64,000 nucleotides of DNA from NCBI GenBank assembly GCA_002379985.1, contig DFVG01000010.1, forward strand, positions 4,630-68,629, written 5' to 3'. Under the pieces are notes generated by a model that saw only the letters and a program-made list of their open reading frames with translations, ran no database searches and was not told the DNA's origin. Each line of letters starts with the position of its first letter. Position 1 is the first letter of the stretch. This DNA comes from Flavobacteriaceae bacterium UBA4166 (GTDB lineage Bacteria; Bacteroidota; Bacteroidia; Flavobacteriales; Flavobacteriaceae). Below, in pieces: positions 30,248 to 39,125 of this stretch. The position numbers were made by a program, and so were the translations under genes.

Positions 30248-30304
30248 TTTTACATAATTACAGTTCTAGTGCTTTAGCGCTATAACGGTCGTAATTATGT
30301 AAAA
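30248..30304. promoter_or_regulatory. perfect 14-bp inverted repeat TTTTACATAATTAC-N29-GTAATTATGTAAAA
   Basis: The arms 30248-30261 and 30291-30304 are exact reverse complements. They belong to a five-copy TTTTACATAA motif family. Function unknown. Confidence 0.5.
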
Positions 30305-30504
30305 AGTAGTTTGCGCGTAGCTACACTATTTTGTTCAACATCAGAAATCACATTGCGTATGCGAATTATGTCAGCAGATATTATGTAAAAGCAAATTGCG
30401 CTACTAAAGTAATTGTTTCTTTCTCTATCAATCTTTTCTGCCCGTCCAAAAAAGATTCAAAAATAGGACGCTCTTTATGTATAAATTTTAGTAAGTAAAA
30501 CCAG

Positions 30505-30560
30505 AACGCAGCGCTATATTCATTCCAAGGTTTCATGAATGCTTACGCTGCGTTTTTATT
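30505..30560 (+). terminator. long hairpin followed by a T-run (terminator-like or structured RNA)
   Basis: Arms aacgcagcg (30505-13) and cgctgcgtt (30546-54) with inner pairing attcat/atgaat, then TTTTTATT. Confidence 0.4.
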
Positions 30561-30984
30561 CTGTGTAAAGAGGAATTTGTCTAGAACCAATTAGTGAAAT
30601 CATATCGCCAAATTGATGCAAAATGCCTTCCTCTCGCTATGCTCGTCGGAGACACTAAAAATCAAGACTGCATACGGGTGATCGTTAAGAAATGGTCTCG
30701 AAGACCATTTTAGTGAGCCGCGAGCCGGTGCGCTGGTAGAAACAATTAACGGCTCGCTGCGCTATATTTTAGGAAAGCTTAGTACTCGCTTATAATGATC
30801 ACGACAAGCTTTAAGCATTTGAAAACTAAGATTATTTAGAACTATCCCCTAAAATATGGTCGTTCCACTCGCCTATTGTTTTTACCAAAATTTTATGAGG
30901 TCAAGTTTAACATCGAGAATCTATTTTACATAAAATTACAATTTTATATATTCTTATATTATGAAAAATATAGTTTTAGTTAGA

Positions 30985-31113
30985 TTACTTTCTTTTGCGT
31001 TTAGGTGGCTTCAGTGATGGTGTATTTCCTGGTGTATCCTTATTATCTCTCTGACGTCTATCCGGTTTTCCTGTTGATTTAGCAATTCTTTTTGGCCCTG
31101 GTTTAAGTCCCAT
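30985..31113 (-). CDS. possible 42-aa highly basic peptide
   Basis: ATG lies 11 nt after the cyclase stop: MGLKPGPKRIAKSTGKPDRRQRDNKDTPGNTPSLKPPKRKRK*. There is no other support for it. Confidence 0.2.
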   Translation of the reverse strand: MGLKPGPKRIAKSTGKPDRRQRDNKDTPGNTPSLKPPKRKRK

Positions 31114-31124
31114 AATATTTGTTT

Positions 31125-32462
31125 TCAATTTAATATGTTATTTAAGTTTATATCTGTATCCAATTTGTCATCTACGTAAATTGGGAATTTTAATACTATA
31201 TTGTTTGTATGCTCTCTTTGAATTGTGCATTTTAGATAATGGTTTCCATGATAGCCAGCATGAGCAATACAATATGTTTGATTCAAATAAAAATTCTCAA
31301 AATTGTGTCGTTCCTCATTTGCTAGTTTCGCTTCTTTACCTGAATTGAAAGCTTCCCAAATAATTTTTTCATGAGGTTTTTTATAATATGGCGAACCATT
31401 TATCATTAGTTGATATTTAATATATTTGCCTTTAAGTATAGAATAGTTGTTTTCATAATATTGAGAAGCAGTACTTTCTTGTTTTGGTCTGTAAACACTC
31501 GCTTTAAGGGTAAAAGGATTATCAACGATTTCTAAATTACCACTTCCATTTTTTCTATAAAATGAGAAACTATTTAAATATTTTTTCCAACTGAAATCAA
31601 ATTGACAATAATTAAGTTCTGAAGATTGAATTATATATCTATCCTCAACAGGTTGACCATTCTTTTTAACCGTTGGTATACTGATATAATCTTCGTTCAT
31701 TTCTATAGCATCAACTAAATTTTTACCAATTCTAATAGAATTTACTGATGCTTTATTCTGTAATTTAGCAGCTAAATCAGTATGTAAGCTAGTTGTTGTA
31801 AGCTCATTACAATTAGCAATCCCATAGTGAGACCACATAACATTGTCATCATTTCCATAATCTAAACCAACTCTTATTTTTATTGGGTCAAGTCCATAAT
31901 TTTCAAATGCTGATGATAAGTCTTCAGAAACAACTTGACATAAAACGCTCGCAGAATTAAGAGCATTAATTACACTATTATTCGGGTTAGAATTTTTTCT
32001 CACAAACTGAACAAATACTGCATCTCCTTGTAATCTATGAACATGTCCTCCAAAATGACTGACTACATTGATGCAAAGAGTTAATAAAGTGTCTTTAATT
32101 AAACGTACTTCTTCTAAAGAGTATTTAAGAGCTAATCTAGTAGAGCCTTTAATATCTACAAACATAGAAACACAATGATGATTAAGTGTTTGATTATGTT
32201 CTAGGTTCTCAAAATCTGGATGATTACCAATTTTTATGGTATCAAAAGAATATTTATTTGGTCCGAAATATTTTTGAAGTTGATTAGAGTCAAACTCTAA
32301 TATCGTTTTAGAATCTGGTTCTATTGTTGTCGGTAAAGAAGAAAATGTTTCTGTACTTTGATTTAGCAAGATATATGGTGATTTAATTCCTTTTTGAAAT
32401 TTTTGTTCTGATCTGCTCAATACACTTTCTATTCCTGATTTGTAGTTTTTAAATAAGCTCAT
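31125..32462 (-). CDS. class III nucleotidyl cyclase (Pycsar PycC-like) with an uncharacterised C-terminal domain
   Basis: Cyclase-homology core: VSMFVDIKGSTRL (metal Asp 1), GGHVHRLQGDAVFVQF (metal Asp 2), IKIRVGLDYG and HTDLAAKLQNKA. About 95 aa N-terminal and about 190 aa C-terminal sequence remain unassigned. Confidence 0.8.
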   Translation of the reverse strand: MSLFKNYKSGIESVLSRSEQKFQKGIKSPYILLNQSTETFSSLPTTIEPDSKTILEFDSNQLQKYFGPNKYSFDTIKIGNHPDFENLEHNQTLNHHCVSMFVDIKGSTRLALKYSLEEVRLIKDTLLTLCINVVSHFGGHVHRLQGDAVFVQFVRKNSNPNNSVINALNSASVLCQVVSEDLSSAFENYGLDPIKIRVGLDYGNDDNVMWSHYGIANCNELTTTSLHTDLAAKLQNKASVNSIRIGKNLVDAIEMNEDYISIPTVKKNGQPVEDRYIIQSSELNYCQFDFSWKKYLNSFSFYRKNGSGNLEIVDNPFTLKASVYRPKQESTASQYYENNYSILKGKYIKYQLMINGSPYYKKPHEKIIWEAFNSGKEAKLANEERHNFENFYLNQTYCIAHAGYHGNHYLKCTIQREHTNNIVLKFPIYVDDKLDTDINLNNILN

Positions 32463-32974
32463 ACTATTTTAATTATAATAATTATTAAAAGCAGAATTAA
32501 TTGAACAAAGACCATTCTAATAGACCAACGGATTCTGTTATATTTTGTTTTTAAACCTTTTGATATAGAATAAATCTGTTTCGCTATATCTTTACATACT
32601 TTTTTATCCTTTTGTTCCTTGTATTGATTTAGAAAATCTTCTTCATTCATATCAGCAATAGATTTAAAAAATACTAAAGAGTGATACTTTTTACTACTCG
32701 AATTATTGGTTTTTAAAAAAGGAAATACAGCTGCTATTGTAAAACCAATACTTAATATTCCTATTACAAGTATACCAATAAGAAGACCTATTGTCCAGTT
32801 CTCTGCCTTACCATTATTAAACCCAATTATATCATTAAAGCTTGTTACTATGAAACCAAATAAAAAGGCACTAAAAGCCAATAAGAAGTTCCCTTTACTA
32901 TTAGCTCCTTCAATGTAATGATCGAACCTATTCAACACATACCTAGATTGTTCTATTTCATTTATTTCTTTCAT
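32459..32974 (-). CDS. small multi-TM protein resembling Pycsar TM / SLATT-type effectors
   Basis: 171 aa. N-terminal helix, TM segments (FLLAFSAFLFGFIV, IGLLIGILVIGILSIGFTIAAVF), a cytosolic HSLVFFKSIADMNEEDF region and a C-terminal TM (FVQLILLLIIIIIKIV). ATGA overlap with the cyclase. Confidence 0.6.
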   Translation of the reverse strand: MKEINEIEQSRYVLNRFDHYIEGANSKGNFLLAFSAFLFGFIVTSFNDIIGFNNGKAENWTIGLLIGILVIGILSIGFTIAAVFPFLKTNNSSSKKYHSLVFFKSIADMNEEDFLNQYKEQKDKKVCKDIAKQIYSISKGLKTKYNRIRWSIRMVFVQLILLLIIIIIKIV

Positions 32975-33598
32975 TTAAATTTTTATTACTTCTTCAACAA
33001 TTCCTTGAATTCTAAAATTGCTTGTTAATATTATTGGTTGATGTATTTTATTTGTTGATTTTGGCTTTAGAATTACCATTCCTCCACTTCTAAAAAATTC
33101 TTTAACTGTTGCTTCATCATCAATAAGAGCTAATACTTTATCACCATTATTTGCGTCTTGCTGTTGTCTTATTAATAATAAATCTCCATCATTAATCCCT
33201 GCTTCATTCATAGAATCACCTTCTGCCCTCAATAAGAAATATTTATAACCCTTTTTTATAATCTCTACAGAAATAGAAACTTCAGCTTCAATATTCTCAT
33301 CTGCAAAAATTGGTATTCCACAAGCTACACTTCCTAATAAAGGTATTTTCACAGTTTGTGCTCTTGAACCATAATCTTCGGGTATTTCAAAATCAACAAT
33401 CTGATAACTGCCATCTGGCTTTTTTCTTAAAATTTCTTTTTCTTCAAGACTTTTCAATAAAACAGCAGATGAACGCGGTGATTTATATCCCAAGCCACTC
33501 ATTAATTCACGTACACTTGGCATCTTTCCTTGATGGACTAAAGCGTTTCTAATAATTTTTAATGCTTCTACCTCTTTATCAGACAAATTATAAAACAT
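32975..33598 (-). CDS. lexA: canonical LexA-type repressor (winged-helix DNA-binding domain + S24 peptidase)
   Basis: Collinear with E. coli LexA: PSVRELMSGLGYKSPRSSAVLLKSLEEKEIL (wHTH), Ala-Gly site in LLGSVACGIPIFA, Ser in EGDSM and Lys in ATVKEF. Its stop is immediately followed by the next ATG. ATG at 33596-33598; the track starts at a TTG. Confidence 0.85.
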   Translation of the reverse strand: MFYNLSDKEVEALKIIRNALVHQGKMPSVRELMSGLGYKSPRSSAVLLKSLEEKEILRKKPDGSYQIVDFEIPEDYGSRAQTVKIPLLGSVACGIPIFADENIEAEVSISVEIIKKGYKYFLLRAEGDSMNEAGINDGDLLLIRQQQDANNGDKVLALIDDEATVKEFFRSGGMVILKPKSTNKIHQPIILTSNFRIQGIVEEVIKI

Positions 33599-33780
33599 AC
33601 ACAAATATACACTTTGAATACAGTCGTAACATTATTATAAGATATTAGTTATAAACTAGTTATCAACATTTTTTAAATTTGCGAGTACGAGTATAAATAT
33701 ATTTTTGGAGGGGATATTTTCTTTGAGGAATTCCGTAAAGAAAAATATAAGCAATTATAATATCATTTCACATCCCCCTT

Positions 33781-34040
33781 CGCTTACTCGCCGATCCCCA
33801 AGCCTTTCCCACTAACTAACCAATCCACCAATCCACCAACTCACAACTTCACTAACCCCATTGTCTATAGAAACGAAATTCTCTCTCAATAACGAAACCA
33901 AGTTCCAACAACTTCTCTACTATAGACCCAACTAAACCCCGCACCCCACAACAAAAAACGACCCCATTTCTGGAGTCGCTTTTATCTATCATTTCATACA
34001 TCATACGTCATAAGTCCTAGCGTCTAACATCCTAGGTCCT
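33781..34040. repeat. G-depleted low-complexity word repeat, inverted counterpart of 29262-29425
   Basis: 12 G in 33781-33960 by direct count. Contains caccaactcac (33834-44), the reverse complement of gtgagttggtg (29310-20), plus gtcctag/acatcct words. Confidence 0.7.
33952..33980 (-). terminator. probable terminator of the BNR/sortilin-like gene
   Basis: On the minus strand, gcgactcc/ggggtcg imperfect stem followed by TTTTTT. Confidence 0.45.
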
Positions 34041-34044
34041 ACAA

Positions 34045-37000
34045 CTAATTCTCCATCAACCCCTGTCCTTCAATCCACGGGGCACCCGCAGCTTTGAGTC
34101 GGCGTTCTAAATTTGGCAAGGTGTTGTTTTCCATCGCTTTTAACTTCGACTGCACCGAGTTCAATTGTCCTTTGACACGCTGTAGCAGTGCTTTATGCGT
34201 TCCGGTGGGGCCATAGGTATTCCCAAAAGCCACCCAGCCTATTCTTCCGCCGTCATTAGCCGTTGGATTGGACCGCTCCCCTATTTCATCCTTCACCGGA
34301 TTGCCGCGAAGCTCTTTCTGGATCGCTAATAAGTCCATCCGCGCTTTGTTGATGTCTTTCAATAGCGCATCATTATTCGCAGTCGCCTTGTTGGCAGCGC
34401 GTTTCATGGCGGCTACTTTGTCTAATTGACGTGTCATCATCATATTAGTAGCGGTAAGGTTCTGCTGAAAGGCAAACACTTCTTCTCTAAAATTATTCAT
34501 TTCGTCATACGACTTGCGCGGTAAGGCTCCATCGTACATCGCTACTACTTCAAATTCTTCTGGACCTTGAAGCGTGGTGGTTACTCCGTCTACGCGTTTT
34601 ACCAATGTTGCAGAATACGTTCCCGGCGTTACCATCACATTTCCGGTACCAATGCCGTCACCGTCTCCTGAGAGTCGTTCTCCGCGTTTGTCAGGATAAT
34701 TCAACTCCCAATTCACGCGATTAAAGCCTTTTTTGTTGGTGCCTTCAATCGTATTCACCAAGTTTCCGTTTGCATCCTTGATCAAAAACAGCACTTTGGG
34801 TCCGTCTTGATTGGCTTCTGCCTCTAAGGCATCCCAACCTGGAAAATCAGTGTTTGATTTTTCACGTTCCTTGCGATCGTCTTTCAACGATTTATATCCA
34901 TCGGCCAGATAATACGTAAATCGTGCGCCAAAAGGTGCATTCGGAGCTTTGTATTCGGCATCGCCTTGACTTCCCACACGGCTTGCTTCAGAATACCAAT
35001 GCGCATCTTTTATAGGGAATAAGGTCGCTTCTTTAGAAAGCATGGAAGCGTTGAAATTGCGCAACGGACTAATATCATCTAAAATAAAGAAACCACGTCC
35101 AAAAGAAGCTCCTACCAAATCGTCTTCACGGCGTTGAATCGTAATGTCTCGGAAGGAAATCGTAGGTACTCCTCCACTCAGTTCTACCCAATTCTTGCCA
35201 CCATTGGTCGTAAAATAGATACCGTATTCCGTGGCAGCAAACAGCAAATTCTTATCAACATGATCTTGCACCAAACGCCAAACCAATAAGCGCTCCGGAA
35301 GGTCACCGTTGATCAGCGACCATGTTCTCCCCTTATCAGAACTCTTCAAAATATATGGTTTGTAATCACCGTATTTGTGATTGTCTACCGCGGCGTAGAC
35401 CACATTCGCATCGAACAGGTCGGCGCGCACATCGTTCACGAAAGGCACGTTTCCTAGTCCTTTGATATTGCTTAAGGTTGCTTTTCGCCAAGTGTTTCCG
35501 CCGTCTTCGGTTGTTTGAATGATCCCGTCATCGGTTCCGGCGTAAATAAGTCCTTCTTGCTTTGGAGATTCCGCCAGCGAAGTAATGGTATTGTAATTAG
35601 ACATGGCTCCCACATCCCAAGCGTTATCCCAACTCTGTTGTTTTCCGTAATATGGAATGTTCATCCGCTCTTGGTTCAAGGTGAGGTCTTCGGAAATAGG
35701 AGTCCAATCGTCTCCTCTATTCTCCGAACGCCACACACGCTGTGACGCAAAATAAAGGCGTTTTGGATTATGCGGACTCACCAAAATTGGGGCATCCCAA
35801 TTGAAACGTTCAAAAGGTTCGCCTGCTCTAGCCTGCGGCTGAATAAATACCGTTTCCTTGGTCGTTTGATCGATACGCCATAAGGCTCCTTGCTGAAACT
35901 CTCCGTAAGTAATGTTGGGGTTTCCGGGTTCGATAGCCGACTGGTGCCCGTCGGCTCCTAAGGTTTTCCACCAATCGGAATTAGTGATTCCGTCTGAATA
36001 GGTGGTTTGCGAAGGTCCGCCGTGTGAACCATTGTCTTGGGTTCCGCCATAAATATTATAAAAAGGTTCTGAATCGTCTACTGCTACTTTAAAGTATTGC
36101 GTGATCGGAAGGTTTCGAATGAACTTCCAGCTATCCGTCAGATCAAAACTTTCATACAACCCACCATCCGTTCCGAAGAGCACATAATTAGGGTCGGAAG
36201 CTTTAAACGCCATCGCATGACTATCTACGTGCTTATTCTTTTCATTCATGGTATAAAAGGTTTTTCCATGATTATCTGAAATTTGCACATAGTTGCTCAT
36301 CAAGAACAACTTTCCCTCGTGATGGGGTGATGCGTACAGCTCTTGGTAGTAATGCGGACCAGTACCTCCGGAAACGGCATCTGATTGTTTGGTCCAAGAC
36401 GCCCCTCTGTTCGTAGACATATAAAGGCCACCCTTTGTGCGGTCTTCTTCAATAGCCGCGTAGATCGTATCTGGATTAAAAGGTGAAATGGCCAGCCCGA
36501 TCTTTCCTAAATTTGACTTCGGAAGGCCATTGCTTAACTTCGTCCAAGTAGTTCCTCCATCCGTACTTTTATGAAGCCCTGAACCGGGTCCGCCGCCCAA
36601 ATAACCTGCTACGGTTCTATGACGTTGCCAAGTGGCAGCGTATAGCACATCCGGATTTCTAGGATCGATCACCAAATCGGTTGCTCCCACCCATTCGGCA
36701 TCTCCTAAGGTGCGTTTCCAAGTAGTACCTCCATCCGTCGTTTTATACACGCCGCGTTCCCCACCGGAAGTCCACAACGGCCCTTGAGACACTGCCCAAA
36801 CTACGTTGGAGTCTTCAGGATGTATAATGATCTTAGAGATATGGTCTGAATTTTTCAGTCCGACGTTTTTCCAACTGGCACCATCATCATGACTCACATA
36901 CACGCCATCTCCAAAGGCCACGTGACGTCCTCCTACATTTTCGCCGGTTCCTACCCAAATAGTATGGGTATTGTTAGGGTCAATGGCTATAGCCCCAATA

Positions 37001-37272
37001 GAATAGGACGCTTCATTATCGAAGATCGGTTTCCAGGTGGTTCCGGAATTGATGGTCTTCCACACGCCGCCGGAACCAACAGCGACATACCATACGTTTT
37101 CGTTTTCAGGGTGTATGGCGATATCGGCAATTCTTCCCGAGGTGAAGGCCGGACCAATATTTCGCATGGTTAAGCCGGAAAAAGTTTTGTCAGTAATTTC
37201 TTGTGCTTGTACCGGAATCGTTAGCAATAACGACAGTACACATAAAAAAGAGAAAAATAATCGGTGTTTCAT
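34045..37272 (-). CDS. secreted BNR/Asp-box repeat, sortilin (VPS10)-like beta-propeller protein
   Basis: Many S-x-D-x-G-x-T-W boxes (SHDDGASWK, TTDGGTTWK, STDGGTTWT, TEDGGNTWR, SSDKGRTWS). Signal peptide after MKHRLFF (ATG 37270-72). Confidence 0.85.
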   Translation of the reverse strand: MKHRLFFSFLCVLSLLLTIPVQAQEITDKTFSGLTMRNIGPAFTSGRIADIAIHPENENVWYVAVGSGGVWKTINSGTTWKPIFDNEASYSIGAIAIDPNNTHTIWVGTGENVGGRHVAFGDGVYVSHDDGASWKNVGLKNSDHISKIIIHPEDSNVVWAVSQGPLWTSGGERGVYKTTDGGTTWKRTLGDAEWVGATDLVIDPRNPDVLYAATWQRHRTVAGYLGGGPGSGLHKSTDGGTTWTKLSNGLPKSNLGKIGLAISPFNPDTIYAAIEEDRTKGGLYMSTNRGASWTKQSDAVSGGTGPHYYQELYASPHHEGKLFLMSNYVQISDNHGKTFYTMNEKNKHVDSHAMAFKASDPNYVLFGTDGGLYESFDLTDSWKFIRNLPITQYFKVAVDDSEPFYNIYGGTQDNGSHGGPSQTTYSDGITNSDWWKTLGADGHQSAIEPGNPNITYGEFQQGALWRIDQTTKETVFIQPQARAGEPFERFNWDAPILVSPHNPKRLYFASQRVWRSENRGDDWTPISEDLTLNQERMNIPYYGKQQSWDNAWDVGAMSNYNTITSLAESPKQEGLIYAGTDDGIIQTTEDGGNTWRKATLSNIKGLGNVPFVNDVRADLFDANVVYAAVDNHKYGDYKPYILKSSDKGRTWSLINGDLPERLLVWRLVQDHVDKNLLFAATEYGIYFTTNGGKNWVELSGGVPTISFRDITIQRREDDLVGASFGRGFFILDDISPLRNFNASMLSKEATLFPIKDAHWYSEASRVGSQGDAEYKAPNAPFGARFTYYLADGYKSLKDDRKEREKSNTDFPGWDALEAEANQDGPKVLFLIKDANGNLVNTIEGTNKKGFNRVNWELNYPDKRGERLSGDGDGIGTGNVMVTPGTYSATLVKRVDGVTTTLQGPEEFEVVAMYDGALPRKSYDEMNNFREEVFAFQQNLTATNMMMTRQLDKVAAMKRAANKATANNDALLKDINKARMDLLAIQKELRGNPVKDEIGERSNPTANDGGRIGWVAFGNTYGPTGTHKALLQRVKGQLNSVQSKLKAMENNTLPNLERRLKAAGAPWIEGQGLMEN

Positions 37273-37461
37273 TATGTAGTTTTTTGGTTGTTCAGAACGC
37301 CATACACAATATGACGCAACGTTCAAAATACGACTATTCTCGTGTTTTTTTTATGAAATGAAGGTATTTAACGTTCGCATCTGCTTCAGATGATATACAT
37401 CTTCTATTTGCAAACTTTCGACGTAAGAAGGAATGTGGTTTCTATAACTAGGATGTTTACT

Positions 37462-38571
37462 TCAGGAGGTCTCATCTCCCGCTAGTGTAGGATAATCTAT
37501 ATACCCTTCTTTCCCGGGAGTGTAAAAGGTGTCCTTATTCCAATCGGCTACAGGTGCATTTTCTGCAAAACGTTCTACGAGATCGGGGTTAGAAACATAT
37601 AGCTTTCCGAAGGCCACCAAATCAGCGTCACTGTCTTCAATCACCTTATTTCCGGAATCCTGATCAAAGTTGCTGTTGATCATTAAAGTACCATTATACA
37701 AGGGTCGGAAGTGCTTGGCGATATTGGTCACGGCGAAAGGAATGTCAGAAACATCCGTAAACGGTTCCGAAAGATGTACGTACGCTAGGTTGTAATCGTT
37801 CAGTTTTGTAATGGTGTATTCGAAAGTAGGAATGGTTTCCTCGTCCATGGTCATTCCGAAGATTCCATGCAACGACGGATTGAATCGCGCACCTATCTTT
37901 TCTTCCGGAATTACCTCCTTGATAGCATCCAATACCTCAAAAAAGAAACGCGCTCTGTTCTCAATGCTACCCCCGTAGCGATCGGTTCGGGTGTTAGAAG
38001 TTCCGTTAAAGAATTGATGGAATAAATAACCATTTGAAGAATGAATTTCGACACCGTCAAAACCTGCATCCATAGCATTTTTCGCCGCTTGTTGGAAGTC
38101 GGAAACAGTCTGATCGATATCTTCTTGGGTCATCGCCTGCGGCGTTACGGTATCTTTAAAACCTTCAGGTGTGTAGGATTGTGCTTCCGGATTGATAGCA
38201 GATGGGGCCAGCGGCAATTCGCCATCGTGAAAATAAGGATGCGACATGCGTCCCACATGCCACAATTGTATGAAGATTTTTCCTCCTTGTTGATGCACCC
38301 GCTCCGTCACTTTTTTCCATCCTTCCACCTGCGCTTCGCTATGAATACCGGGCGTATTGATATACCCAACCGCACGTTTCGACACCTGTGAACCTTCGGT
38401 AATGATGAGTCCGGCAGACGCTCTTTGTTCGTAATACACGCCTTGGAGTTCATCCGTAGGTTTCTTTTCTGAATTTGTGGCCCGACTGCGCGTCATGGGT
38501 GCCATCACCACACGATTCTTCAAATTGAGTTGTTGTGTTTTATAGGATTGTAACAAGGGTTGTTTTGTCAT
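37462..38571 (-). CDS. NADH:flavin oxidoreductase / alkene reductase (Old Yellow Enzyme family)
   Basis: VMAPMTRSRA, IQLWHVGR and GVEIHSSNGYL motifs. Confidence 0.9.
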   Translation of the reverse strand: MTKQPLLQSYKTQQLNLKNRVVMAPMTRSRATNSEKKPTDELQGVYYEQRASAGLIITEGSQVSKRAVGYINTPGIHSEAQVEGWKKVTERVHQQGGKIFIQLWHVGRMSHPYFHDGELPLAPSAINPEAQSYTPEGFKDTVTPQAMTQEDIDQTVSDFQQAAKNAMDAGFDGVEIHSSNGYLFHQFFNGTSNTRTDRYGGSIENRARFFFEVLDAIKEVIPEEKIGARFNPSLHGIFGMTMDEETIPTFEYTITKLNDYNLAYVHLSEPFTDVSDIPFAVTNIAKHFRPLYNGTLMINSNFDQDSGNKVIEDSDADLVAFGKLYVSNPDLVERFAENAPVADWNKDTFYTPGKEGYIDYPTLAGDETS

Positions 38572-38800
38572 GATTTCTGTATTTATTGAATGCTTCCGAA
38601 GATAAAAATTATAGGTGGTGACTATATTGAAAAACCATACTTCCCTCCTATGATACTATCAATAAAAAGTTGGACGTCTCAAAATTTCTTAAAAACCCTT
38701 AAACCGCTATTAAACTTATACTAAAGTGGGTTTTTAATTATGATCCGGCGGTTGTAATCCCGTACCTTTAGGATACTAATTAATAAAAAATCAAGACACT

Positions 38801-39019
38801 ATGAATAGACGAAACAAGCAAACAGGAATTTGGGCACTTATCGGATTAGGAACAGCAGCCGCTGCGTATTTTGGATATCGCGCCCTTCCTGCAGATACCA
38901 AAAAAAATATCGGCAATAAAGTTCAAGGTGCCGGACAAAGCATCGCAGACAAAGCACGCGAGCTTGAAAGTTTGGTTAAAAAGAATGCTAAGAAAACAGA
39001 ACAAGCGGTTACCTCCTAG
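38801..39019 (+). CDS. YtxH-like small membrane-anchored protein
   Basis: N-terminal TM helix followed by an amphipathic helical tail. A strong terminator follows. Confidence 0.4.
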   Translation: MNRRNKQTGIWALIGLGTAAAAYFGYRALPADTKKNIGNKVQGAGQSIADKARELESLVKKNAKKTEQAVTS

Positions 39020-39040
39020 AGAGATTATCGCTTATCAAAA

Positions 39041-39077
39041 GCCCTGCAAGATTGCACCCCTTGCAGGGTTTTTTTAT
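39041..39077 (+). terminator. rho-independent terminator
   Basis: ccctgcaa / ttgcaggg stem followed by TTTTTTTATT. Confidence 0.7.
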
Positions 39078-39125
39078 TCCTAAAATTAATTTGTTAAATC
39101 GTATACGATTATATATCTTTCCGGT

